Shown: positions 1 to 12,587, numbered from the stretch's first letter. The stretch: 64,000 nt of DNA from Isurus oxyrinchus (GCA_026770705.1 JANJGN010000007.1:109926001-109990000); one strand, 5' to 3'. Numbers and translations: made by a program. The notes: a model not told the origin generated them from the letters alone.

Positions 1-75
1 CATTCCCAAGGGCAATTAGGGATGGGCATCAAAAATGTTGGACTAGTCAGCTATGCCTACATCCCATGAAAGAAT

Positions 76-1240
76 ATAAAAAAGGAAATAAGTACAAGGC
101 ACATGTTCAATGTCTCTGCCATTTCCTTGTTACCAATGATTAGTTCTGCAGTCTTATTCTGAAAAGGACCAAAGTATATTTTAGCTATTCTTTTCTTTTT
201 TATATAAATCTCTTAATGTCTGTTTTTATATTGCTTGCAAGTTTTCTACCATATTTTAATTATTTGTCTTTTTTATTCATCCTTTGCTGTTTTCTACAAT
301 TTTCACGATCTGCTAGCCTTACAATCAATCTAGTAATCCTCACGGCATTTTATGCCTTTTCATTCAATTTAATACCATCATTACTTTCCTTTATTAGACA
401 CAGATGATTCATGCTCCTCTGAGGGTCGTTATTCCTCAAAGCAATGTGTACATTTGTTGAGAGTTATGAAATATCTCCTCAAACGTATGTCATTGCTTAC
501 CTACCATCTAAGCTTTTAACCTATTTTCCGAGCCCACTTGAGCTGACTCATCTTCATACCTTCATCCTTGTTTTTATTGCAGCTTAAGACAGTAGTTTCA
601 GACACAAACTGCACACTCTCAAACTGAATTCGAAATTCTACATGTAGGGTCACCCTTCCCTAGAATACTTTATGATGATCTATTTAATGAATTCTGCCTC
701 ATTGTGCTTTAACAGATCTAATATAAATTGTCCCAGGGTTGGTTCCACAATGTATTGTTCTTGGAATATGTCCAAAATGAACTTGACCTGAAGGCTGCCA
801 TTGCCAATTTGATTTGTCCAAACCGGAAGATAATTAAAATCTCCCATGACCATTGCAGTATCTTTCTTACAAGCTCCAACAAATTTTTGATGTTTACTCT
901 GTCCTACAGTGTAGTTACTTTTAGGAGGCTTATGAACTATTTCCACTAGTGACACTTTTCTCTTTCCTATTTCTTATCTCCACCCAAATGGATTCTATAC
1001 GTTGATCTTCTTAGCCAAGATTTCCTTGTGCTGATCTCATTCTTTATTAATAGAGCTGCCCCACCTCACTTTCCTTTCTTCCTATCCTTTCAAAATGTAA
1101 AATGCCCTTGCATATTCAGTTTCTGGCCTTGGTCACCTTGCAACCACGTTTCTGTAATGACTATCATATAATATCCATACCGTTTTATCTATGCCATCGA
1201 TTCACCTATCTTGCCATCAATCCCGCATGCATTCACATAA
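76..1240 (-). mobile_element. Decayed CR1-clade LINE ORF2 fragment (endonuclease region)
   Basis: Minus ORF 680-955 contains VMGDFN...FQEQYIVEPT...ILDL, the APE endonuclease motifs also seen in the + strand CR1 at 54.8 kb. Confidence 0.75.
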
Positions 1241-1875
1241 AGAGCACTGAGAGCCATATCATAGAATGTTTGCAGCACATAAAGAGGCCATTGGCCCGTT
1301 GTGTCCATGCCAGCTGTCTACAAGAACAACTCTCCTAGTCCCAGTCTCCTGTCTTTTCCCCATAGCCCTACATATGTATCTTCAGATAATTGCCCAATTC
1401 TCCTTTCAGATCGATGATTGAATCAGATTTTGTACTTAGAGCATTATGTTTGTACACTCTGACCCTTCATGTCACATTCCAGTTATCATTACCCTTATCG
1501 ATACATTGCAACCACGTTTCTGTAATGACTATCATATAATATCCATACCGTTTTATCTATGCCATCGATTCACCTATCTTGCCATCAATCCCGCATGCAT
1601 TCACATAAAGAGCACTGAGAGCCATATCATAGAATGTTTGCAGCACAAAAAGAGGCCATTGGCCCGTTGTGTCCATGCCAGCTGTCTACAAGAACAACTC
1701 TCCTAGTCCCAGTCTCCTGTCTTTTCCCCATAGCCCTACATATGTATCTTCAGATAATTGCCCAATTCTCCTTTCAGATCGATGATTGAATCAGATTTTG
1801 TACTTAGAGCATTATGTTTGTACACTCTGACCCTTCATGTCACATTCCAGTTATCATTACCCTTATCGATACATT
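1138..1875. repeat. Near-perfect 368-bp tandem duplication
   Basis: 1138-1505 is repeated at 1506-1875 (caaccacgtttc at 1141 and 1509); one mismatch seen (cacat/cacaa). Confidence 0.95.
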
Positions 1876-2719
1876 ACGTTATTGCATTGGCCTTTCAATT
1901 TAATTCACTAAATTTCCCTCAGCTGAAGCATCCTTCTTCACGATTTAGTTTAAAGCTTTATTCAAACAGAAAATGTCTGGTTGATCTAAGTGGATATCCG
2001 AAATCAGAATATCTCTCTTCAGTTTTACATAATTCCTAGTAATGGTATCTCAAGGTGGAAATGGTAAGTGGCCCCTTTACAGGATCTGATGAAGGGAACT
2101 TTGATGGTTGGATCAAAGCCATTAAAGAATGTTAATGCTTGTACCAGGTTCTGCTGTGATCCATCAGTCAAAATGACCAGATGATGAAAAATGCCAGAAG
2201 GAACTGTTCAAGGCATCAGTTACCAGAGTGCACAGACTTAATAGCTCACTTGCTTGTTGCTGAACCATTTACATCATAGCTAGTTCACAGGATAAATAAG
2301 CTTGCAGGCAACAATGAGATAGTCTATGCTGACATCGGTAAGAGCTGGGGAGCCAGACTTTTCATTCCAAGGGTGTCCGTAAAGACTGCAGCTGTGTACT
2401 GAGAAAATAAGTCTAAGCTGATTTACCTAAAGTTATTGTTACATTACAAGCTGCTCTACAGACAGCTTTTAAAAAAGGGCATTTTCACCTTTGGCCATAC
2501 ATAATTTTCCAGCCATGTTCCCCATTTAATAAGCCTCCGACAAACAATGTTTCTCTTTAAGAACTTTTACCCTGCGATTTTAGTGCATTCCATTCCAACG
2601 AAGACCCACCCACAAGGGACAACGACTCAGGGAGCACTTTTAAATTACAGCATGATGTGGATACCAGTAATCTGTAAGTGAAACAGGAAATGCTGAACAG
2701 GTTATGCAGCATTTTTTTT

Positions 2720-3640
2720 TTATCTGTTCACGGGATATGGCAAGGGCAGCATTAACTATCCATCCCTAATTGCCCTTGAGAGGATGATGGTGAGCTGCTT
2801 CTTGAACCATTGAAATCTATTTGGTGCAGGTATACAAGCAGACTGGGAAGGCGTGGGATGTAGTATGGTGGTGGTGGTGGTCGGGGGTGTTTGGTTGGGG
2901 CGACTTCCAGGATTTTGACCAGGAGCAGTGAAGGGATGGTGATATAGCCCCAGATCCGGGTGTGATTTAGAAAGGAATGCGCAGGTCTGACAATCTCATG
3001 CATTTATTGTCTTTGTCCTCGAGGTGGTCGAGGTGTCAGCTTAGGAATGAGTGGTACTTTCTAAGGAACCTTGGTGAGTTGCTGCAGTGCATCGTGCAGA
3101 CGCCATTGCCACTGTGGGCCAATGTTGGAGGAAGTGCATGTTTCAGGTGATGGAAGGGGTGCCAATCAAGCAGGCTGCTTTGTCCTGGATAGTGTCCAGC
3201 TTCTTGAGTGTGTTGAAGTCACTCTCATCCAGGATAATGAAGAATAAGAACAATATTCCATCACACACTTGATTTGGACAGGATTTGGGGGTTAGGTGGT
3301 GTGTTACTTGGCACAGAATTCCCAGCCTCTGGCCTGCCCTTGTAGCCACGGTATTTATATGGCTGGTCCAATTAAGCTTCTGGGGTGGCGGTGTTGGATG
3401 GTGGAAGGTTTCAGCGCTGGAAATGCCTTTGAACATCAAGAATGATGGGTAGGTTCTCTCTTGTTGGAAATGGTCATTACCTGGCGCGAATTGCGGCGCG
3501 TATGTCACTTGCCTCTTATTAACCAAAGCTTAAAGGTTTTCTAAGTCTCGCTGCCTATGGACACTGAATGCTTCAGTGTCGGAGGGGAGTTGTAAATGGT
3601 GCAGAACACGGTGCAAGCATCAGCAAAGCTCTCCACTTTA
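2720..3640 (-). mobile_element. HER1-like (CR1-group) LINE 3' fragment
   Basis: Minus ORF has KLNWTSHINTVATRAGQRLGIL...TLKKLDTIQDKAACLIG; tail GGGCAATTAGGGATGG is typical of elasmobranch HE1/HER1. Confidence 0.75.
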
Positions 3641-3789
3641 CACGTGATGTCATCAACTTCTGACATATTTGTCGACTGAGCTTTTGTAAGCCGACACAAT
3701 TTGAACAATCGACTGTCACTTGCTTACTTGTATTCATTCAACATGCATAGTCGGACATCCTTCTATGTATACTGACCCTGGGGATTGCA

Positions 3790-3925
3790 CACGCCGGTAC
3801 AGACGTTTGCTTTAGTATTTACATTGTCCTTTTTTTGGGTGTTGGGGATTCCACAGTCGGACAAACACCCGCCACTCGAAGTTCCGCTCAAACAACAAAC
3901 ATCATCTGATAGGGCATCTTCCCGC
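3790..3925 (+). pseudogene. Truncated relic of the type-B V exon (5' part only)
   Basis: ggggattccacagtcggacaaacaccc...tgatagggcatcttccc matches 31560-31640 and 42527-42608, then jumps to sequence homologous to 46995. Confidence 0.65.
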
Positions 3926-4354
3926 TCTTCCCTCCATGTTCTAAAGATGTTCTGCGATTCCCCGGCGTGCTGATTCAGAAATTTGAAATGCGAAGCAATC
4001 ATCTTGAAATCAAATGTCAATGTTAAAATATAGTTAATTTTAGAGGTGTGCAGCTGTTTTTTCTGAGAACGTCCTAGAAATAGCTCTCAGCATACCGCCA
4101 TTTCGGTTATTATCAGCTGCAATAGAGAGTAACGCGATCATTCAGCAAGTTATCATTATGCGTAATGTCATCCAATACACTGGATTTGAATGGAGCGATG
4201 CCCTTAATGTAGAAAGAAAATAAGACGAGTCGAAGTAGCGAAAGGAAAAGAAAAATAACTTGAAATGAGGTAGCGCATTGTCTGAACGCTTGAGATCCCA
4301 GAGCGCGTTACAGCCAATTAAATCCTTTTGACGCCTTGTTGGTGTTGTAACGTA

Positions 4355-5050
4355 GAAGGGAAAGTAAAGTATCTCACAAATTGAACAACAGGTTAAGCAA
4401 GCCATTTTGCACTGCGACAATGCCTTGGTGACGCGAGCGGTGTTCTCCAAGAATCGGATGCTGCCGTCGTTCCAAAAAGACATTCTGGCTACCACACAAT
4501 CTAGCCGTGTCATGTACGAATTGCAGTACTGGTATGATGCCAGGTACAAAGGTCCTACATCCCAACATCCGAATCATCCTCCAGCTGTTCTTAACAAGCA
4601 GAGTACAGGCCACGCTTGCAAAACCCAACACAGAACATTTACTGTTAGATGTAATTTTGTGATTGGGCAACACTTGCTGAACAATATTGAGTCTGTTAAT
4701 AGTTACACTAACAATTTAAGGCACTGAGTCGAACTGGTGAGGTGGCTCACTTACACTTGCTACAAGAAACCTACATTCAAACACAGGAACCCATTCTCCA
4801 AAAAAGGAATATGCCTTGCCCCTTCTTTGAATTACGCAGAAACATGGAAAACCTATAATTCCCCCTTGATTCTTTCATGGCAGCATATCAGCAAATCTAC
4901 GTTCACTTGCCAACCAATCGGCACCTTTTTTCCTGTAGTATAATTATTCTGATCCATTAAAATGCGACATTCTGGCATTTGACCTCGAGTGCAAGACAAA
5001 GAACGTCGACAACATGTAACTCTTTTTAGCAAACTCGATATGTCTGACAT
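4355..5050 (+). mobile_element. Penelope-like element 3' fragment (GIY-YIG region)
   Basis: MYELQYWYDARYKGPTSQ is a decayed version of YEFQLWCVARYVGRTSQRLADRIK at 52975; paralogous to 52830-53520. Confidence 0.7.
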
Positions 5051-5124
5051 AATCATTCATACTACATCTAAGTGCCCAGCCTTTTAATTATGGAAGCTAC
5101 AGTTAAAATGGCAGCGTTTGCTAC

Positions 5125-7645
5125 AGTAATCATGGGTGACTTTAATCTGCGTATGTAATAGGCAAACAAATTTAGCAATAATACTGTGGTGAATAAATTC
5201 CTGGAGTGTATGTGAGATGTTGTTTAGGCTAGTACGTCGAGGAACGGACTAAGGAACAGGTTATCCTAGATTTTGTATTGTGTAATTAGAAGGGGTTAAT
5301 TAAGAATCTTGTTGTGCTGGGTCCTTTAGAGAACAGTGGCCATAACATGATTGGATTCATCATTAGGATGGAAAGTGAAGTAGTCCAATTTAGGGTTCCA
5401 AATATTAACAAAGGAAAGTACAAAGCTATGAGGCATGAGTTGGGCAAGATAGGTTAGGAAACGTCATTGAAAAGCATGACGGTGGATAGAAAATGGCTAA
5501 AATTTAAAAAACGAATGTATGCATTGCAACAGTTAAACATTCCTAACACAACCGGAAAAACTGGATAGTATTTGATCTAAAGAGGAGTCAGATAAAGTTG
5601 CTAGAAAAACAGGTAAGCCTGGGGATTGTGAACAGTTTAGAATTCAGCTGAAGAGGACCAACAGTTTGAGGGGAAAAATACAGAATGAGATGAAACTTGC
5701 AAGGAACATTAAAGCAGGCTGTAAAAGCTCTACAATGATGTAAAGAGATAAAAGGTTAGTGAAGACAAATGTTGGTCCCTTGCAATCCAAAGCGGGGGAA
5801 TTCAAACCAGAAATATAGCAGGGAAATTTTAAAAACTGCTGTAGTATTCGTTTCACAAAGGAAGACACAAATAACTTTCTAGAAATACTAGGCAACCTAG
5901 GGCCCAGTGAGAAGGATGAACTGAAGGAAATTAGGAGAAACAAAACAACAGTGCTGGAGGAAGTAATGGAACTGAAAGTCAATAAATCTCCTGGGCCCTA
6001 TAATCTACACGCCAGGGTTCTAAAGGAGCTGACCATGGAAATAGCACTGAAGAAGGGTCATACAGACGCTAAACGTTACCTCTGTTCCTCTCTCCACCGA
6101 TGCTGTTAAGCCTGCTCATTTTCTCCACTATTTTCTGTTTTTATTTCAAATAGTGGATGCATTGATTGTCATCTTCCAAAATTCTGTAGATGCTAGAACA
6201 GTGCTGGCAGATTGGAAGGTGGAAAATGTAACCCCGCTATTTAATAAATGAGGGAGGGAGAAAAGTGCAAATTACAGACCGATTAGCCTAACATCAACTG
6301 TAGGGAAAATGTTAGAGTCTGTTATAAAGGATGTGATAACAGGATACTTAGAAAATATCAACGGAATTAGACAAAGTCAGTATGGATTTATGAAAGGGAA
6401 ATCATGTTTGACAAACCTACTGGAGTTCTTACAGAATGTAACTAGCAGAATAGATAAATGAAAACCCATTGATGTAGTGTATTTGGATTTCCTGACAGCT
6501 TTTGATAAAGTCCCACATAAGAGGTTAGTGTGTGAAATTAAAGCATATGGGATTGTGGGTAATATATCGACATGGATTGAGAATTAGTTAGCAGACAGGG
6601 AGCAGAGAGTGGGAATAAATATGTATTCCTGGAGTAGCAGATGATGACTAACGGAGTACCGCAGGGGTCAGTGCTTGGGCCCCACCTATTCACAATATAT
6701 ATCAATGAATTGGATGAGGGAACCAAATCTAATATTTCCAAGTTTGATGACGACCCGAAAATACTTGGAATGTGAATGTTGAGGACGTTGTTAAGAGGCT
6801 TCAAGGCAATTTAGACAGGTTGAGTGTGCGTGCAAATACATGGCAGATGTTGTATAACATGGATAAGTGTGAGGTTATCCGCTTTGGTAGGAAAAGTAGA
6901 ATGGCAGAGTATTGTTTAAATGGTTGCAGATTGGCAAATTTTAATGTACAAAGGGACCTCGGTGCCCTTGTACACCAATCACTGAAAGCAAGCATGCAAG
7001 TGCAGCAAACAGTTAAAATGGCAAATGGTATGCTGGTTTTCATTGTGAGAGGAATTGACTACAGGGGGAAAGATGTCGTCCTGCAGTTCTACAGGGCCTA
7101 GGTGAGACCACGCCTGTAGTATTGCGTACAGGTTTAGTCGCCTTACCTAAGAAAGGATATCCTTGACATAGAGAGAGTGCAGCAAAGGTTCACCAGACTG
7201 ATTCCTGGGATGGCAGGATTGTTGTGTGAGGAGAGACTGGGTCGCTAGCCCTGTGGACACTGCAGTTTGGAAGAATGAGAGGGCATCTCATAGAATTCTG
7301 ACAGGGATGGACAGACTAGATGCAGGGATGATGTTTCCTCTGGCTGGGAGGTCTGCAACAAGGGGCCACAGTCTCAGGATACACGTGGACCATTTAGGAC
7401 TGAGATGAGGAGAAACTCAGAGGGTGATGAACCTGTGGGATTCTCCATCACAAAAGTATGTGGTGGCCAAGTCACTGAATGTATTTATGAAAGAAATAGA
7501 TCCCTGAACTCTACAGACGTCAAGGGGCATGGGCAGAGCACAGGAGTATGGCATTGAGATAGTGGATCAGCCATGATCATGCTGAATTTTCAGAGCAGGC
7601 TTGAAGGGATGAATGACATACTCGTGCTCCTAGTTTCTATGTTTC
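5125..7645 (+). mobile_element. 5'-truncated CR1 LINE ORF2 (EN/RT), with a ~100-bp Penelope terminal fragment at ~6047-6150
   Basis: NYRPISLTS, QYGFMKGKSCLTNLLEF, GVPQGSVLGP and WQMLYNMDKCEVI motifs with stops and frameshifts; TTTCTATG tail. Confidence 0.9.
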
Positions 7646-7699
7646 GAACTCTTAATAACTTATTAACCCCTTATATTTCTCTTCAGCTAGTTGTTCCCC

Positions 7700-8200
7700 A
7701 GAACTCTCCCATTCAACATCTCTCTCGTCCTTTCCACTTATCACCTCTCCCAACCTTCTCATTCGTCGAGTTTCCTGCCCACCATTTCCCTCTCCCAAGC
7801 GTAACGCTCGCCGCTTCCCTCCCTTCACCCTTCCAGTAGCTACTTCTCTCTTACCAATCTGTGGGTCATCGCTTCCCTCCCCCGAATCTCCCAGTCACCA
7901 CTTGCCACCACCCAACCCCACCCTCCCCACCCCAGCTCCTTCCCTCCCACTCACTGCCCTCTTCACTCCTTCGCTCATTCCTCTCTTGTTACCCCTCTTC
8001 TGAGCCTCAGTCACTGCGAGGGCTTGGTAGAGGGGAGACCAGCAAGCCGACGGGCAGAAAGGAGCAAGGATTCAGGAGAGGAAGCAATGAGTAGGAGGGA
8101 GCAGGAGGGTCGGGATAGGGCTGGCGATTGGGAGGGTCAGGATAGAGAAGTGGAGAGTGGGAAGGTCCAGAGAGGGAAGAGGCAAGCAAAGCAGAGCTGT
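7700..8200. repeat. C/T-rich then G/A-rich low-complexity block, paralogous to 35950-36620 and 59750-59830
   Basis: Base composition and shared cagcaaggattcaggagagg...ggcgattgggagggt segment. Confidence 0.65.
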
Positions 8201-8309
8201 GTTTAATAAAGACTGAGCATGCACAGAAATTGTACTAGAACAAATATGGAGACAGCATGATTCAGGGAACTTCCTTAATTTACAAATTACACACAAATGA
8301 AAATGCTCT

Positions 8310-8790
8310 ATTAGAACACAATTTAAATGGAGATACTCTATTTGCTTCAACCCTCCATCAGGTGGAACTTGCAACCTGATCGCAAGTTCCACATTTTTCC
8401 CACACTTTGGATAAAGAAGTTTCTTTTGAATTCCCTATTAGATTTCTTGCTGACTCTTATATTGATGGCCCCAAGTTATGTTCTTCCCCACAAGAGGCAA
8501 CAAACACCTCAAAACCTTTCAGAATTTTAAACACACCTCAGTCTTCTTTTTTCCAAGGGAAGAGACCCAGCCTATTAATCCTTCCCTGCTATACATACCC
8601 ACTTATTTCTGGTGTCAATCTTGTAAGTGTTCTCAGACCCTCACCAGTGCCTCTATATCTTTTTATTAATATGGTAGCAAGAACTGCATTCAATACTCTA
8701 AGTGGTCTAACCAGGCTTCCAAAGAAGTTCAGCCCAACTTCCCTACTTTTCAACTCTATTCCACTAGAATGAAAACCTAGAGCTTGTTTT
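8310..8790 (-). mobile_element. Old CR1 3' fragment
   Basis: Minus translation GIELKSREV.LN...SLVRP resembles the CR1 RT C-terminus. Confidence 0.6.
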
Positions 8791-8992
8791 TCGGGAAAAA
8801 AGCTGCACTCAGGTATCCAACACTCCATAAATAGTGGGGGTGCAACGGAAAGGGTGAATGGCCTCCCAAGGGCTATTGCTGGCGACTTTAGAGAAACAAT
8901 GCTTGTACCATTTGTCCTAATGCCTGCCTAGCATCCTGGTTGTTCGCAGTCAATTCGCATTGACTGGGCTATTCGGAAACACTGTTTCATTG

Positions 8993-9892
8993 TGTCATGA
9001 AAGTATAATAATTTCATAATATTTTTCTGGTTTATTGTGAAGTAGCTTTATAGGGTTAAGTATAGTTGGGTCTGTCTGAGTGTGACTTAATTATATTTGG
9101 AATCAAGTAGACTGCCAGCTTTAACTTATCAAAAAAGGTGAGGTGCTTGACATGCTAATGAGTAAACAAGGGGTGAAGGGAATTTGTATTTCTGATAAAT
9201 AAAAGGATAATTGGATTTCAAAGGGATTTTAGTCTGTTTACAACTAGCCAGATAAGCAAGGCTAAGCAATGTGTTTATTTTTCCCAAAGGTTACTGACAA
9301 TATATAGTGACAATATGAACGTATTCATATTATGAAGGAGGTACAGTTTCAAAGACGCATGGAGCAATAGAATTTATATATTAAAACTGAGAAACATATA
9401 TAAAGGAGACTGAAAGGCTATGTGTCAGGAGAAGGCCATGTAAGATCTAACAGGAGTGTGTGAAGTAGCCTTAAAGAAGCCTCCAGCATTTGTGCATAAG
9501 TCTGCTCTCTACCAAAATGGAAGCCACAAAAAACATTTGAAATTCCATTATCCAGGGTATTGTGTTAACTTTCTGGATCTGTTTTAAATCTAAAATCTAT
9601 TTTTGGACCGTTGCCTTAAAGAAGTGTAACTGGTGGTCAGGTTAATTAGGAATTTTAGGAGTTATTGTAGTAATAATTGTAGTATTATGTATGTGCTTGA
9701 CATCTTTTAATTTGTTAATAAATATTTTTATTTTAATTATTTAAATCTCTAAAGGTCTTGGTGGACATATTACTTCTGAATGCATTGCACACACATCGCA
9801 ATAAATACAAATTGCAAAATCGTTGTGATAGCACAAGCAAATTTCCCTATGGATTTGGTCCGCCTGGCAGAGATCATCTGCGCGTCATAACA
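8993..9892 (+). mobile_element. Solo LTR (~900 bp; 4-bp TSD compatible with Gypsy or ERV)
   Basis: Starts TGTCATGA, ends TCATAACA; flanks ATTG/ATCG; TATA-like at ~9397 and AATAAA at ~9717; empty site ttcattgcaggttttgagg at ~60006-60024. Confidence 0.8.
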
Positions 9893-10566
9893 ATCGTCCG
9901 TTTTGAGGATGGCGATATTGTGACCAATGAAAATCACCTGGAAATTTCGTGCACCCTGAGAAAGCAACTGGCGGAGAGAGAGAAAGCAGTGCATTCGACG
10001 ACAGTTAGGGGAAGGAGTTAGAAAAATAGAGCCACAAAACTGGGAGGGAAGGCGAGTTCATGGCAGCCTGTGACGGGTGTTGATGGTTTGTTTTGGGGGT
10101 GTCAGGAAGCTTTGGCGCAACTTCCTGAGGACAAAGCCTTAATTTCATGAATTTGGGCCTCGACAGCGAAATATGGGCGCCGGGGAATGGGGGGTGGTGG
10201 AGTCAGTGAATTAAATTAGCTTTTTGTTTTACTTAATGTTCGTCATAGAATTATACGAAAAGCTCAGAAGCTACTTTCATCAATGATGTACTTGGGGTAT
10301 CGGTGGTACTTGATGTTTCTATTTTTGGTAGACACCGTAGAAATACCATATAAGTAGCTTTCATTTAAACACGACTCACCATTAAGTATTTCCATTCTTG
10401 TGAGTTTTTTCATTGGTTTATGAATTAAGTTACTCATCTCACTATGAAAAAAGTAAACTATTTTATTATGGGCCTTTCAATAATAGGAAACTCGACTGAT
10501 GTAAATACATTATTAACATTTGCAAGTAGTAGCCAAGTGTCACGTGATCAAAGGTAAGGCACAAGT

Positions 10567-10818
10567 TAAAAGCAAGATTCGGCGGATGCTGGAAATCTGA
10601 AATAAAAACAGAAAATGTTGGAAAAACTTAGTAGATATGACAGCATCTACATGACAGCATGGAAAACGAAACAGAGTTAATGTTCCGACTAGGCATGACT
10701 CTATAACTCTATTTGCTCTGATGAAGAGGCACACAGACTCGAAACGTTAACTCTTTTTCTCTCTCCTCAGGTGTTCTCAGGCCTGTTAAGTTTTACCAGC
10801 ACTTCCTGTTTTTATTTG
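10567..10818. mobile_element. Two oppositely oriented Penelope terminal-repeat fragments with a hammerhead motif
   Basis: gatgctggaaatctgaaataaaaacagaaaatg (minus) followed by CTGATGAAGAGGCACACAGACTCGAAACGTTAAC (plus); absent from paralogs at ~39570 and ~60315. Confidence 0.7.
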
Positions 10819-11099
10819 ACTCTATAACTTGCTGCGTTACAGATCGGCCTTGATTTCACTGAATGTCAAAACGTGCTGGGAGAGCTCAAAAGCCCGACTG
10901 TTGTTCCAATGACTTTAAGCATTGTATGAGAGAGGTCACATGATGTATCTTCAGAAATACATCAAAACCGAGTTCTGAACCCTTCTGTGACTCATGATTT
11001 TTACTACAGATGCCGGGATCTCTTTAATTTACCTGAAACTTTTGATATTTAGCTTCATGTTTCCACCACTCAGAATTTTATTTTCATCAATCCAAATCT

Positions 11100-11500
11100 C
11101 CTGCCGATTGATCCGGAGCTGCGCCCCTGTTCCAGTAATGGCCATCACCAATTATTTTTCGAGTTATTTATTATAAACCGCTGCGGGATAACAGATTTTT
11201 TACTCTTTTGGAGTCAAACAATTAAATTAAATAACATATTTGTATATAGGTGCGAAAAGCTAGCCAAATTTTGTATTCAGTAATGGAGGACAATTGAGAT
11301 GGACAACTATTCTTCACTAATCAAGCAGCTACCACAAGTTCGCTCCTTCAGAACAGGCCGGAGCATGTTGGAATACTATCTGTTCTATTTCATTATGCTT
11401 TATCTCACAACAACAGCGAAATTGCATTCACTGTTATCAAACAACAGCAGTAAGCGCAGGTTAATTGTACGGCTAAGCTCACCGTGCCTCCAATTAATTC
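11100..11500 (-). pseudogene. Candidate decayed VJ-type Ig exon (type C), unit I copy
   Basis: Minus strand reads AVQLTCAY ... SGL** ... TGTGAQLRIN across frameshifts. Confidence 0.35.
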
Positions 11501-12403
11501 AGTTGTCCGCTCACTTAAATTTATGTTCACTAAAAACTTTCTAATCTTCCTGAAGATGAAACTGTGAGGAGAAACTGAGAGAATGACTCACATTTTACTG
11601 ATTGCAAAGAGAAAGCTGAATTCAATGAAAGTATTTTTGAAGGTGTCAGGAAAAATGAGGAGGCTGCGAAAAACAGCGGGGATACTTGACTTATTAATAG
11701 AGAAACAGGGTACAGTGACGAAATGATTCTAAATCTTTATAAAGCGCCAGTTCGGCCTCGGCTGGAATCTTTTCTTCAACCTGAAGGATGTCAGAGACTT
11801 GCTGGACCTGCTGATTTTTCCAACATATTCTGTCTTTATTTCAGGTCTTCAGTATCCCTAGTATTTTGCTTTCATTATTCGCGAATACTCCTTGTTGCAT
11901 TTCAGGCCTGCTGTAATACTAAATGTAACATTGAAAGATATAGATATAGAATCAACATTTAATCTCCAGTATGGTGAAGGTAAAATTCACCTAACAGTTA
12001 TGGAATGTAAAAAGGGAGATGGGCAGGATTATTCATCGAAATTTCTATTCCAGTGAGCTCTATTACTATTCCGGTGGGTAAGACTGGTTGTGGTCTCGAT
12101 CGCAGTAGGCTCTAAATGCTCAGGAGTAAATATTTGCACACTCACATTTTCCATGCTCCTACATGAAGTCGAATGCATTAGGTGAAGTACTGGAGGACTG
12201 CCTGCGCCTGCGGCCTGCATCTTTAGTTTTAGGATAGGGTGAAGTATCAAACGTCGGTGTTGACAAAGAAGGTGATGGGAACGAAGTGTTCCGGGAGCGG
12301 CTGAGAAAGCATCACTCTTCAGGGGAGACCTTTTCAGCCGGCAGTTAGGAGGTGAACTTCAGCTTCCCAGACTCCACCACGGAAGAATAAACAGAACTGC
12401 TTT

Positions 12404-12413
12404 AGTCATGTGA
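12404..12413 (+). promoter_or_regulatory. M-box/E-box-like motif (AGTCATGTGA) ~130 bp upstream of the type-A ATG
   Basis: Same motif at 63353-63362 in the paralog; motif match only. Confidence 0.3.
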
Positions 12414-12532
12414 TCTCTCATGTCGTCGTCATAAGTTTCACATATTTACCTATTAAATCAAGTTCTTATACAAGCCATTGGAGATACCGTTCTCACTTGC
12501 AGCAAGAAGGCAACTAACCTTTTATTTGTAAC

Positions 12533-12587
12533 ATGTCGATGGAAGTTACAGTTCAGTAAATGACTCTTCTGGGCATGGTTTGGCCAG
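12533..12587 (+). pseudogene. Type-A leader exon (MSMEVTVQ*MTLLGMVWP)
   Basis: 55-nt exon ending CCAG|GTACC; TAA at 12557-12559 where the paralog has TAC. Confidence 0.8.

Noticed and set aside
2308-2337. ITIM-like NNEIVYADI between AG and GTAAG
   Set aside because: Weak polypyrimidine tract, and the motif is not conserved in the paralogous block at ~29685-29720
12135-12300. Minus-strand AG...GT-bounded segment upstream of type A (paralog ~63085-63241)
   Set aside because: No recognisable protein or signal peptide; conservation is explained by the duplication and promoter proximity
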